DNA of 64,000 nt from an uncultured Chloroflexia bacterium (GTDB lineage Bacteria > Chloroflexota > Limnocylindria > Limnocylindrales > CSP1-4), in assembly GCA_963734895.1 (NCBI GenBank), contig CAVTIN010000003.1, forward strand, positions 67,718 to 131,717. Reading direction: 5' to 3'. The notes under the pieces were generated by a model that saw only the letters and a program-made list of their open reading frames with translations, searched no databases and was not told the origin of the DNA. Each line of letters begins with the position of its first letter. Position 1 is the stretch's first letter. Positions 1 through 8,047 of this stretch are shown here, one piece after another. The translations under genes and the position numbers were made by a program.

Positions 1-57
1 CGCCACATCGGATTCGAGGTCCGAGGTCGGGTGGATGCGCGCGGTCGCGTCGATCAC
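1..57 (-). CDS. partial N-terminus of a possible hexapeptide-repeat (left-handed beta-helix) transferase; the gene runs off the window
   Basis: GTG at 57..55 is followed by VIDATARIHPTSDLESDVA, which resembles LbH acyltransferase N-termini. Only 19 codons are visible. A TATACT -10-like hexamer lies on the minus strand at 157..152. Confidence 0.2.
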   Translation of the reverse strand, partial: MIDATARIHPTSDLESDVA

Positions 58-170
58 GGGTCTGGTGGGCTCCCTGCCTGGTCGCGGCTCACGCGAGCGC
101 CGCGGAACCGGGCCACCGCAGCGATCTGCCGCGCTCCCGGGACCGTCGCTGAGTATAGCCGCCGTCCCGA

Positions 171-776
171 TCAGCCCCGACGGCGCAGGGCGCGGATCAC
201 GGTGCTCACCAGGCCGAAGGCGGCACCGGCCGCAAGGGCGCCTCGCCAGTCGAGCACGGGCCGGACGTCGCCCGACACGTGCTGGGCGATCATCACCAGC
301 ACGCCCGTCGGCCGGTTGATGGTCACGCGCTGGGCGATCAGCGTTCGGACGAGACTCTGGTCGATCGTCGCGTTCCGGGCGGCGACCGTCCCGGCGATCC
401 CCTGGGTGACCCGGATCTCGCCCGCGAGCGCTGCGCCCAGGCTGCCGAGCTCGACGGCGGCGCGGTCGGCGCGGGCGGCGCCGATGCCACCCCACTGGAC
501 GAAGACCTCCTCGGCGTCGAGGCGCCCGATCCCGCCCATGCGGACATCGACGGCGCCGGCCGTTGCCTCGGCGATCCCGCCACGCTCGACCCGGATCACC
601 GTCGCCGGGGCGGTCGAGGCGGGATCGGGCTCTGGGACGGCCGGCGCGTGGACCTTGGACGGCACCGCCTCGACATCAGCGGCCTTGGCCCTGGTCGTGG
701 AGGCGACGTCGGGCGCCGGCTTCGCGGCGGCCCGGCGGCGGGGACGCTTGGGGGCGGCGGGCTTGGGCTCGGTCAT
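171..776 (-). CDS. hypothetical membrane-anchored protein with Gly-rich beta-helix-like repeats
   Basis: ORF 171..1250 is trimmed to ATG 776 (MTEPKP...). The upstream 158 codons are R/P/G-rich and overlap the divergent DUF3048 gene. It has repeated GGI(G/A)..A..V units and a C-terminal hydrophobic helix, ALAAGAAFGLVSTVI. Confidence 0.5.
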   Translation of the reverse strand: MTEPKPAAPKRPRRRAAAKPAPDVASTTRAKAADVEAVPSKVHAPAVPEPDPASTAPATVIRVERGGIAEATAGAVDVRMGGIGRLDAEEVFVQWGGIGAARADRAAVELGSLGAALAGEIRVTQGIAGTVAARNATIDQSLVRTLIAQRVTINRPTGVLVMIAQHVSGDVRPVLDWRGALAAGAAFGLVSTVIRALRRRG

Positions 777-991
777 CGGATGCCTCGGGTTGATCTGACA
801 GGCTGACTGTGTGGTCGAGCCTACCGCATGGTGGGGGCCGTACCCAGGGTCAGAGTGCCCCGTTTCCGGCTTCCCGCTATCCTGCCCGCGGGTTGCTGAC
901 GCCGGATCGGGCGGCACTTCCCGCCGACCGCGAACCGCTTCAGCTGGAGCCGCAGGATGAACATCGGCCGCCACGGTCAGCCGGTGGCGTC

Positions 992-2206
992 GTGACGCGG
1001 ACCGCCGCCGCCATGCTCGTCGCCGCCACACTCGCCGTCGGCGTCCTGGTCGGCGCCCTGGCAGGCGGATTGCTCGCGGCCCCGGGCCCGTCGCGGACAG
1101 CGCTGGCGTCACCGACCGCGTCCCCGGCCCCGACGACGAGCCCGTCGCCGACCGTGCCGGAGCCAACGCCCACCGCCACGCCGGCGCCGACACCGACCCC
1201 GGTCCCGACTCCGACCCCGTCGCCCACGCCGGTGCTGGTCCCCGATCCATTGACCGGCCTTCCGGTGACCGAGTCTGTCGCCTCGCGCCACGTCGTCGCC
1301 GTGATGGTCGACGACCAGACCGATGCTCGACCTCAATCGGGGTTCTCCAGCGCCGGCATCGTGTGGCAGGCCCCCGCGGAGGGCGGCATCCCGCGCTACA
1401 TGATGCTGTTCCAGGACGGCGATCCGGCGGCGGTTGGTCCGGTCCGCAGCTCGCGCCAGTACTTCATCGTCTGGGCATCGGAGTGGAAGGCCGTGTACGT
1501 CCACGTCGGCGGCTCGCCACAGGCGCTGGCCACGCTCCACTCGTCCCAGGGTCGCGGCGGCCTCGTGTATGACGCCGACGAGTTTCGCTACGGTGGCAAG
1601 TACCTGTGGCGCATCAAGCAGCGGAACGCGCCGCACAACGTCTACACGGACGGCGCGCATCTTCGGGCCCTGACCAAGCTCGTCGGCGCCAAGGCGGTCC
1701 CCAACCAGGCACCGCTGTGGAAGTTCGCACCGGCCCTGAACCTGGTCCATCGGCCCAATGGGGGCACGATCGTCGTCCCGTACGACGCCAACAAGATCAC
1801 ATACTCGTACGACCGGGTGACGAACACCTACCCCAGGACCGTCACCGGGGAGGGCAAGCAGTTCGACGCGGCAGCCGACGTGCGAGTGGCACCCACCAAC
1901 ATCGTCATCATGGTCGTCAAGTTCGGGCCCCTCAACGACGGGTCGCACAAGCACCGTCTCGAGGCACAGCAGATCGGCAGCGGCACGGCATGGATCGCGA
2001 CCAACGGCACCACGGTCAAGGGCACCTGGCGCAAGAAGTCGACCACAGCGCCAACCCTGTTCTACGGGCCGGACGGCAGGCAGGTGACGCTGACCGTCGG
2101 GCAGACGTTCGTGCAGGTGGTGAAGACGGGCACCGGGATCACGATCAAGGACGGTGCGGCACCGGTTCCGACAGTGCCCCACCTGGACCAGCTGCTCGAG
2201 CTCTGA
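992..2206 (+). CDS. DUF3048-family secreted or membrane-anchored protein
   Basis: It has an N-terminal hydrophobic helix and a Pro/Thr-rich linker. The core VAVMVDDQTDARPQSG..GIPRYMMLF..YVHVGGS is one I recognise as DUF3048. The start (GTG 992 or ATG 1013) is uncertain. Confidence 0.7.
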   Translation: MTRTAAAMLVAATLAVGVLVGALAGGLLAAPGPSRTALASPTASPAPTTSPSPTVPEPTPTATPAPTPTPVPTPTPSPTPVLVPDPLTGLPVTESVASRHVVAVMVDDQTDARPQSGFSSAGIVWQAPAEGGIPRYMMLFQDGDPAAVGPVRSSRQYFIVWASEWKAVYVHVGGSPQALATLHSSQGRGGLVYDADEFRYGGKYLWRIKQRNAPHNVYTDGAHLRALTKLVGAKAVPNQAPLWKFAPALNLVHRPNGGTIVVPYDANKITYSYDRVTNTYPRTVTGEGKQFDAAADVRVAPTNIVIMVVKFGPLNDGSHKHRLEAQQIGSGTAWIATNGTTVKGTWRKKSTTAPTLFYGPDGRQVTLTVGQTFVQVVKTGTGITIKDGAAPVPTVPHLDQLLEL

Positions 2207-2215
2207 CCGGGCGCC

Positions 2216-3406
2216 TCAGAGCAGGGGTGCGCGCCGGGCGACCTCCGCCCAGACCGCCCGGGTTTCACGCGCCACGTCCGCCCAGGTCCGGTCGCGTTCC
2301 GGCCGTTCGGCCGTTGCCGCCACCAGGCCGGCATGGAGATCGTCGTCCGACCAGGCGGCCCGCAGGGCCGCGGCCAGCCGGGTGGCATCGCCCGGCTCCA
2401 CCAGGATCCCGGCCCGCCCCACGATCTCCTTGAGCGAGCCGACCGCCGAAGCCACGACCGGCACGCCCGCGGCCAGCGCGTCAAGAGCGGAGAACGAGGC
2501 CGCTTCCGAGCGAACCGGCAGCACGAGGAACCGGGCCCCCGCGACGAGCGCGGCAAGGCGCGGCTCCGGCAGCCGCGGGGCATAGGCGAGCAGCTCCGAG
2601 ATGCCCTCCCGTGATGCGGCCCGGGACAGCGCCGCGCGGTCCGCCGGGGAGGCCCCGATGAGGCACACCCTGGGCGGCCAGGGAACGCCGTTCGGGGCCG
2701 GCTCGGCGGCAAGCGCCGTGAGCGCGGCCAGCAGCGTCGGCAGGTCCTGGCGCGCATCGTAGCGACCGGCGTAGACCGCGTAGCGATCGCCGAGGCCCAG
2801 GCGTTCCCGCTCGCGCGCCGCTCCCTCGATCGCGCCGATTGCGTAGGCGGGACGGGCGGCGAGCGGGACGACGCGCAGACGCGCTGCCCGGACGCGGAGG
2901 AGGAGACGAGCCTGGGCGGCGGTCTCGCGCGCCGGGACGATCACCGCCGCGGCATCGCGCAGGAGCCGGGCACGAAGGCGTTGCCCGAAGCGTGCGGCCA
3001 CGCCGCGCTGGTACGCATGCGGGAGCTCCCACGGGGCGAGGTCGAGCAGCGTCGCGACGATCGGGATTCGCGACGCGATCGGCAGCGCACCGGCGGCCGC
3101 GTGATACACGGCGCCCGTGGCCCCTGAGCGCTCAGCACGCCAGCCGGCACCCACCGACGCACCGCGGAGCATGACGGGGTCGACCGTGAGCGCACCGGAT
3201 CGCAGGAGGCGAGTGGGCGGCAGCAGTCGGTGCCCGATCACCGGCAATCCCGGCCAGCGGGCGGTTGGGTCATCGAGGTCCGAGGCGAGCAGGAACGAGA
3301 AGGATTCGCCGGGCATCGGGTCGGCCGCAAGCGCTCCCAGGAGGCCGTCGAGGTACGCGGCGGTCAGCGGGGCGCGCTCCGGGTCCTGGAGTGGACGCAC
3401 GTCCAT
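2216..3406 (-). CDS. glycosyltransferase, GT-B fold (GT4/GT1 family)
   Basis: The C-terminal segment PVRSEAASFSALDALAAGVPVVASAVGSLKEIV..GILVEPGD is typical of GT4 enzymes. The 506-aa ORF is trimmed to ATG 3406 (MDVRPLQ). Confidence 0.8.
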   Translation of the reverse strand: MDVRPLQDPERAPLTAAYLDGLLGALAADPMPGESFSFLLASDLDDPTARWPGLPVIGHRLLPPTRLLRSGALTVDPVMLRGASVGAGWRAERSGATGAVYHAAAGALPIASRIPIVATLLDLAPWELPHAYQRGVAARFGQRLRARLLRDAAAVIVPARETAAQARLLLRVRAARLRVVPLAARPAYAIGAIEGAARERERLGLGDRYAVYAGRYDARQDLPTLLAALTALAAEPAPNGVPWPPRVCLIGASPADRAALSRAASREGISELLAYAPRLPEPRLAALVAGARFLVLPVRSEAASFSALDALAAGVPVVASAVGSLKEIVGRAGILVEPGDATRLAAALRAAWSDDDLHAGLVAATAERPERDRTWADVARETRAVWAEVARRAPLL

Positions 3407-3483
3407 GACCACGCGGACCCCGGGAAGTGTCGCTGCGGGGGCTTCGGAGGCGCCCGGCCGCCACCCCGGCCGAGCGGGTCCGG

Positions 3484-4272
3484 TCACGGGGTCCGTCGTG
3501 CCGGAGCGCGCCCGCGGAGCTCGTCCCAGCGCAGCCCGACCACGACGAACAGCGCCTCCACGATGATCCGCCGGCTCATCTTGGACGCGCCTGCCCGACG
3601 ATCGCGGAACGTGATCGGCACCTCGGCGATCCGGGCCCCGAAGCGCGACGCGCGGTAGGTCATCTCGATCTGGAACACGTAGCCACCAGCCCGCACGCCG
3701 TCGAAGGGGACCTCCGCGAGCGTCGACGCCCGCCATGCCTTGAACCCCCCGGTCAGGTCGTGGGGACCGAGGCCGAGCATGATCCGTGCGAACACCGAGC
3801 CGCCGCGGGAGATGATGCGCCGGAACAGCCCCCAGTCCATCACCCCGCCGCCGCGAACGTAGCGCGAGCCGATCACGAGATCGCTTCGCCCGGCGAGGAC
3901 CGGCTCGATGAGGGCCGGCAGGGCCAAGGGATCGTGGGACCAGTCCGCGTCCATCTGCACGACAACCTGCGCCCCGCCCGCGAGGGCGTCGCGGAAGCCG
4001 TCCAGGTACGCGCGGCCAAGCCCCTGCTTTCCCGGCCGGTGCCGGACGCGGATCCGCTGATCGTCGGTGGCGAGCCGCTCGGCGAGCTCACCGGTCCCGT
4101 CCGGCGAGCTGTCGTCGATCACGAGCAGCGTCGCTCCCGGGAGCGCCTCCAGGATTGCCGCCGAGATGCCGGGGAGGTTATCCGCCTCGTCGTAGGTCGG
4201 CAGGCAGATCCAGGTACCGGCGCCCGAGGCGTCGGCGGCGCTCCGATCGAGGGGGCTCGGGTCGAGGCTCAT
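3484..4272 (-). CDS. polyprenol-phosphate mannosyl/glycosyl-transferase (GT2, Ppm1/DPM1-like)
   Basis: Motifs present: ICLPTYDEADNL, LLVIDDSSPDGT, VVVQMDADWSHDP, GSRYVRGGG and TGGFKAW. These are canonical GT2 dolichol/polyprenol-P-mannose synthase motifs. Confidence 0.85.
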   Translation of the reverse strand: MSLDPSPLDRSAADASGAGTWICLPTYDEADNLPGISAAILEALPGATLLVIDDSSPDGTGELAERLATDDQRIRVRHRPGKQGLGRAYLDGFRDALAGGAQVVVQMDADWSHDPLALPALIEPVLAGRSDLVIGSRYVRGGGVMDWGLFRRIISRGGSVFARIMLGLGPHDLTGGFKAWRASTLAEVPFDGVRAGGYVFQIEMTYRASRFGARIAEVPITFRDRRAGASKMSRRIIVEALFVVVGLRWDELRGRAPARRTP

Positions 4273-4320
4273 CGCAGGCGAGTGTAGCCGCCGGATGGGC
4301 CCGTCACTCGCGCAACAGGC

Positions 4321-7300
4321 CTACGGGAGGGCCCGCAGCGCGCTCAGCACCGCGTCGCTCACCGCGCCCGGGCCGCCCAGGATGACGATCTTGGCGGGCT
4401 TGAGCCGGGTGAGCTCGGCGGCGATCGCCGGCGGCAGGGCCTTGGGGTCGGTGAGCAGCAGCGGGGCCCCGTCCTTGCCGGCCACGGGAGCGCCGGTGAG
4501 CGCGTCGGGGAACTGGGTGCCGGTGGCGATGTACGCGACCGGCACGTTCGAGCCGAAGCTCGCGGCGCTGATCGCGGCCGAGGTGTCGTACAGGGTCTGG
4601 CCGAACAGGCGGGTGACCGTGCCCGCGTAGTGGCGCAGCGCGCTCAGCACCGCGTCGCTCACCGCGCCCGGGCCGCCCAGGATGACGATCTTGGCGGGCT
4701 TGAGCCGGGTGAGCTCGGCGGCGATCGCCGGCGGCAGGGCCTTGGGGTCGGTGAGCAGCAGCGGGGCCCCGTCCTTGCCGGCCACGGGAGCGCCGGTGAG
4801 CGCGTCGGGGAACTGGGTGCCGGTGGCGATGTACGCGACCGGCACGTTCGAGCCGAAGCTCGCGGCGCTGATCGCGGCCGAGGTGTCGTACAGGGTCTGG
4901 CCGAACAGGCGGGTGACCGTGCCCGCGTAGTGGCGCAGCGCGCTCAGCACCGCGTCGCTCACCGCGCCCGGGCCGCCCAGGATGACGATCTTGGCGGGCT
5001 TGAGCCGGGTGAGCTCGGCGGCGATCGCCGGCGGCAGGGCCTTGGGGTCGGTGAGCAGCAGCGGGGCCCCGTCCTTGCCGGCCACGGGAGCGCCGGTGAG
5101 CGCGTCGGGGAACTGGGTGCCGGTGGCGATGTACGCGACCGGCACGTTCGAGCCGAAGCTCGCGGCGCTGATCGCGGCCGAGGTGTCGTACAGGGTCTGG
5201 CCGAACAGGCGGGTGACGACGAGGTGCTGGACGGTCACCCCGAATGCGGCCACCTGGGCGGGGGACACCGGGCTGACCGACGGCGCCGTGTAGGTGACCG
5301 ATCCGGACTTCCCCACCAACTGGAGCATGTACGTTCCGTCGGCGACAGGCACCCCGGCGACCTTCGCATCCCAAGCGTAGTGGCGGGCGCCCGCGGCTCC
5401 CGCGGTCAACGTGCGCGTGTCCACGAGCGTGCCGTCGGAGCGGTACACGCGCAGCTGGAGGGTGCTCAGAGCAACGGTCGTCTGCCAGTCGAGCTGCACC
5501 GTATCGTGATCACCGTCGCCGTTGGGCGACACGAACCGGCTCCCGGCGTTCGCGACACCCAGGCTGGCGGCCCCGAGACCGTTGAAGCCGAGGCTGCGTA
5601 TCCCTGCGTCAACCGTCGTGGAGTTGGGTGCCCGATACGCGCCGATATAGCCGGAGGGTGTCGCCACGGGACCCGACGCCATCCACACGCCGACCTCCGC
5701 AAACGTCACCGTGCCCCATTCGAGGACCGGTTGCGTGACCTGCCACCAGACGTAGCCGTCGGCCGTGACCGGACCGCCGGTCACGGCGACGATCGTGCCG
5801 GTGTCGACGGTGCCCAGCTTCGCCGCCGACGTGTCTGGGCCGGTTCGGTACGACAGGCCATCGGTCCGCACCTGGCCGAAGCCACCGACCGCCAGCGACG
5901 GGCTGGGGCTCCAGGTCGAGGTGATGTCCCACGCGGACACGTTGCCCTTCGTGTCCCGTGCGCGGGTGCGGAACGCATAGCCATGGCCGGACTGGCCAAG
6001 CCAGGTGTCGGACTCCGCCGTGGTGCCGGAGAGCCAGGCCGTCCACGGACCGCCGTCTTTCGAGACCTGGACGTCGTACGAGGCAACCCCGGACGTGTCC
6101 GAGCCCGCCCAGGAGACCGTGAACCCCTCGTCCCGCTGGGTCGTGCCGAGCATCCGGACGCCGGTGACGGGGCCGGTCACGTCGGTCAGGAACGCGTCCG
6201 AGATGGCCCGGTACAGCTCCGGGTGGCCGCCGTCGTAGCCGAGCGCCCAGATTCCGGCGCCGCGCAGGCCGTACGTGTTCACGAGCTCGTAGCGAAGCCT
6301 CATCGACTCTGCGTCGTCGTAGTAGACCTGCCGCCAGGTCTGTACGCAGCCGTAGGTGGTCGTGCAGTTCGTCCGCTGGTAGGCGAACCACGGCGTCTGC
6401 TCGCGGCTGTCCCAGCGGCGCCCGTACTGGGCCACCAGGTCGACCACGTTCCCGTAGTTCACGGCGGCGCTGTACCCGTACTTGGCACCACTCTGGCTGG
6501 CCGCGTTCACCGCATCGGTCGCCGTCGACCACGCCCGCCCGTACCACGGGAGGCCCAGGATCACCTTCGACGGGCTGACCCGGGCCGTGTAGGAGCGAAT
6601 GGTGTCCGTCAGGTCGTAGGCGGGACCCGACAGCGGATCGATCGAGCCAACGTAGGATGACGATGAGGTCCGATAGTCGTAGCCCATCACGAAGATGGCG
6701 TCGGCCGCGCCCGCGGCGACGGAGGCCTCGATCGGGTAGTTGCCGATCCAGCCCGTGGTGTCGTACGTCAGCTGGTACCCGGGGGCCACCTTGTCGAGCT
6801 CCGTGCGCATCGTCCGCAGCAGCGCGACGAAGTCGTCCTCGTGGCCGCTGACGACCGGCTCGAAGTCGAGGTTGATACCGTCCGCTCCCCGGTCCCGGAC
6901 GGCCGCAACGGCCTGCTGCGCGAGGTTGAGCCGGGCAGCGCTGCTGCCGAGCAGCGCTGCCTGGACGTTTGCCTGGGTCGTCGACCATGCGAACACCGAG
7001 AGGGTGAGCACGACCCGCGTCCCGTGGCTGTGGGCGGCGTTGATGACCGAGGTGAGGCTCGAGCTCGTCCAGCCGCCCCACCCGGTGGTCGTCGAGCCGT
7101 CGCTGTTCTTCTTGAGCAGGTTGCCCGCACTGTTCGCACCCACGGAGAAGTACGCGATCGTCGACAGATCGTCGTAGTTGAGCGTCGACGCCGATCCGGA
7201 CACCTCCCAGTACGGCAGGAAGCCGAACACCTGCCGCCGCAGGCCGGAGGCGGCGGTCGTTTCGGACGTGGCCGTGACGGGGGCGGTCCAGGTGGCGCCG

Positions 7301-7812
7301 GCCGCATCGCCGGACACGCCGCCGCCGTTGGAGTCGACGGGTGCGGGGTCGGTTGACGGCGCGGCCACGTCCAGGGTGACCGGGACGCCGCCGGACGCCG
7401 AGGTGGACCAGCTGCTGCCCTGCGGGCTGCGCGCCATGTCGCGGCCGCTCGCTCGACCGGCGGGAAGCGCTGTTGGCGCCCGCCCATCCACCGGCCAGCG
7501 ATCCGTGGACCGCGGCGTGAACGGCGTGTCGACACGCGCGCCGGGCGTGAACGCGATCTTGTCAGAGGCGTGGGCCATCGCCTCCTCATACGGCACCGAC
7601 GGTTGTGGCCGGCCGACCTCCGTGATCGCAGCGCGATCCGCCGCCGATTCGGTGGGCGCCGGCTCAGCGTCGGGCGCGGACGTACGGGCGGCCGGCGGGG
7701 CGGTGGGCGTCGCGGCGATCGCCGGAACGGGCACGATGCCGACCACGAGCATTGCGACGAGGAGGACCGTCGCGACGGGGCGGCCGCGGAGCGCGAAGCG
7801 GGGTCGGGTCAC
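4321..7812 (-). CDS. secreted multidomain GH18 glycoside hydrolase with FN3-like, SH3b-like and FlgD-Ig-like modules and 3 C-terminal CWB2 cell-wall-binding repeats
   Basis: Signal peptide MTRPRFALRGRPVATVLLVAMLVVGIVPVPAIAA. GH18 core VFGFLPYWE..GADGINLDFEP. FlgD-Ig-like FVSPNGDGDHDT. Three identical 100-aa units, RLFGQTLYDTSAAISAASFG..AYIATGTQFPDALTGAPVAGKDGAPLLLT, match the CWB2 pattern. Confidence 0.85.
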   Translation of the reverse strand: MTRPRFALRGRPVATVLLVAMLVVGIVPVPAIAATPTAPPAARTSAPDAEPAPTESAADRAAITEVGRPQPSVPYEEAMAHASDKIAFTPGARVDTPFTPRSTDRWPVDGRAPTALPAGRASGRDMARSPQGSSWSTSASGGVPVTLDVAAPSTDPAPVDSNGGGVSGDAAGATWTAPVTATSETTAASGLRRQVFGFLPYWEVSGSASTLNYDDLSTIAYFSVGANSAGNLLKKNSDGSTTTGWGGWTSSSLTSVINAAHSHGTRVVLTLSVFAWSTTQANVQAALLGSSAARLNLAQQAVAAVRDRGADGINLDFEPVVSGHEDDFVALLRTMRTELDKVAPGYQLTYDTTGWIGNYPIEASVAAGAADAIFVMGYDYRTSSSSYVGSIDPLSGPAYDLTDTIRSYTARVSPSKVILGLPWYGRAWSTATDAVNAASQSGAKYGYSAAVNYGNVVDLVAQYGRRWDSREQTPWFAYQRTNCTTTYGCVQTWRQVYYDDAESMRLRYELVNTYGLRGAGIWALGYDGGHPELYRAISDAFLTDVTGPVTGVRMLGTTQRDEGFTVSWAGSDTSGVASYDVQVSKDGGPWTAWLSGTTAESDTWLGQSGHGYAFRTRARDTKGNVSAWDITSTWSPSPSLAVGGFGQVRTDGLSYRTGPDTSAAKLGTVDTGTIVAVTGGPVTADGYVWWQVTQPVLEWGTVTFAEVGVWMASGPVATPSGYIGAYRAPNSTTVDAGIRSLGFNGLGAASLGVANAGSRFVSPNGDGDHDTVQLDWQTTVALSTLQLRVYRSDGTLVDTRTLTAGAAGARHYAWDAKVAGVPVADGTYMLQLVGKSGSVTYTAPSVSPVSPAQVAAFGVTVQHLVVTRLFGQTLYDTSAAISAASFGSNVPVAYIATGTQFPDALTGAPVAGKDGAPLLLTDPKALPPAIAAELTRLKPAKIVILGGPGAVSDAVLSALRHYAGTVTRLFGQTLYDTSAAISAASFGSNVPVAYIATGTQFPDALTGAPVAGKDGAPLLLTDPKALPPAIAAELTRLKPAKIVILGGPGAVSDAVLSALRHYAGTVTRLFGQTLYDTSAAISAASFGSNVPVAYIATGTQFPDALTGAPVAGKDGAPLLLTDPKALPPAIAAELTRLKPAKIVILGGPGAVSDAVLSALRALP
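4336..5222. repeat. 2.96 tandem copies of a 300-bp unit (one CWB2 module each), nucleotide-identical to 8060..8946
   Basis: Lines 4381-4680, 4681-4980 and 4981-5220 read identically. The boundaries were found by comparing flanks with the second locus. Confidence 0.95.
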
Positions 7813-8047
7813 GGCCGTCCTCTTGGCAAACCTTGCACGGACGCGTCGCCTGACCGCGACGTGCCTGGCGGGACGCCCACCGAAAGAGTCTCGGTGCTCG
7901 AGCCAGTATCGTCCACCCGCCGTGTGGGCGGGTACAACCTGACCATCGTCCCTATGTCAACCAGTACGGTGTGGTTGGGGACACTCCGGTTCGGTTGGTC
8001 CGACGCGTCGATCCGCCCGTCGTGATGGCGGGGACTACCGGGCCGGC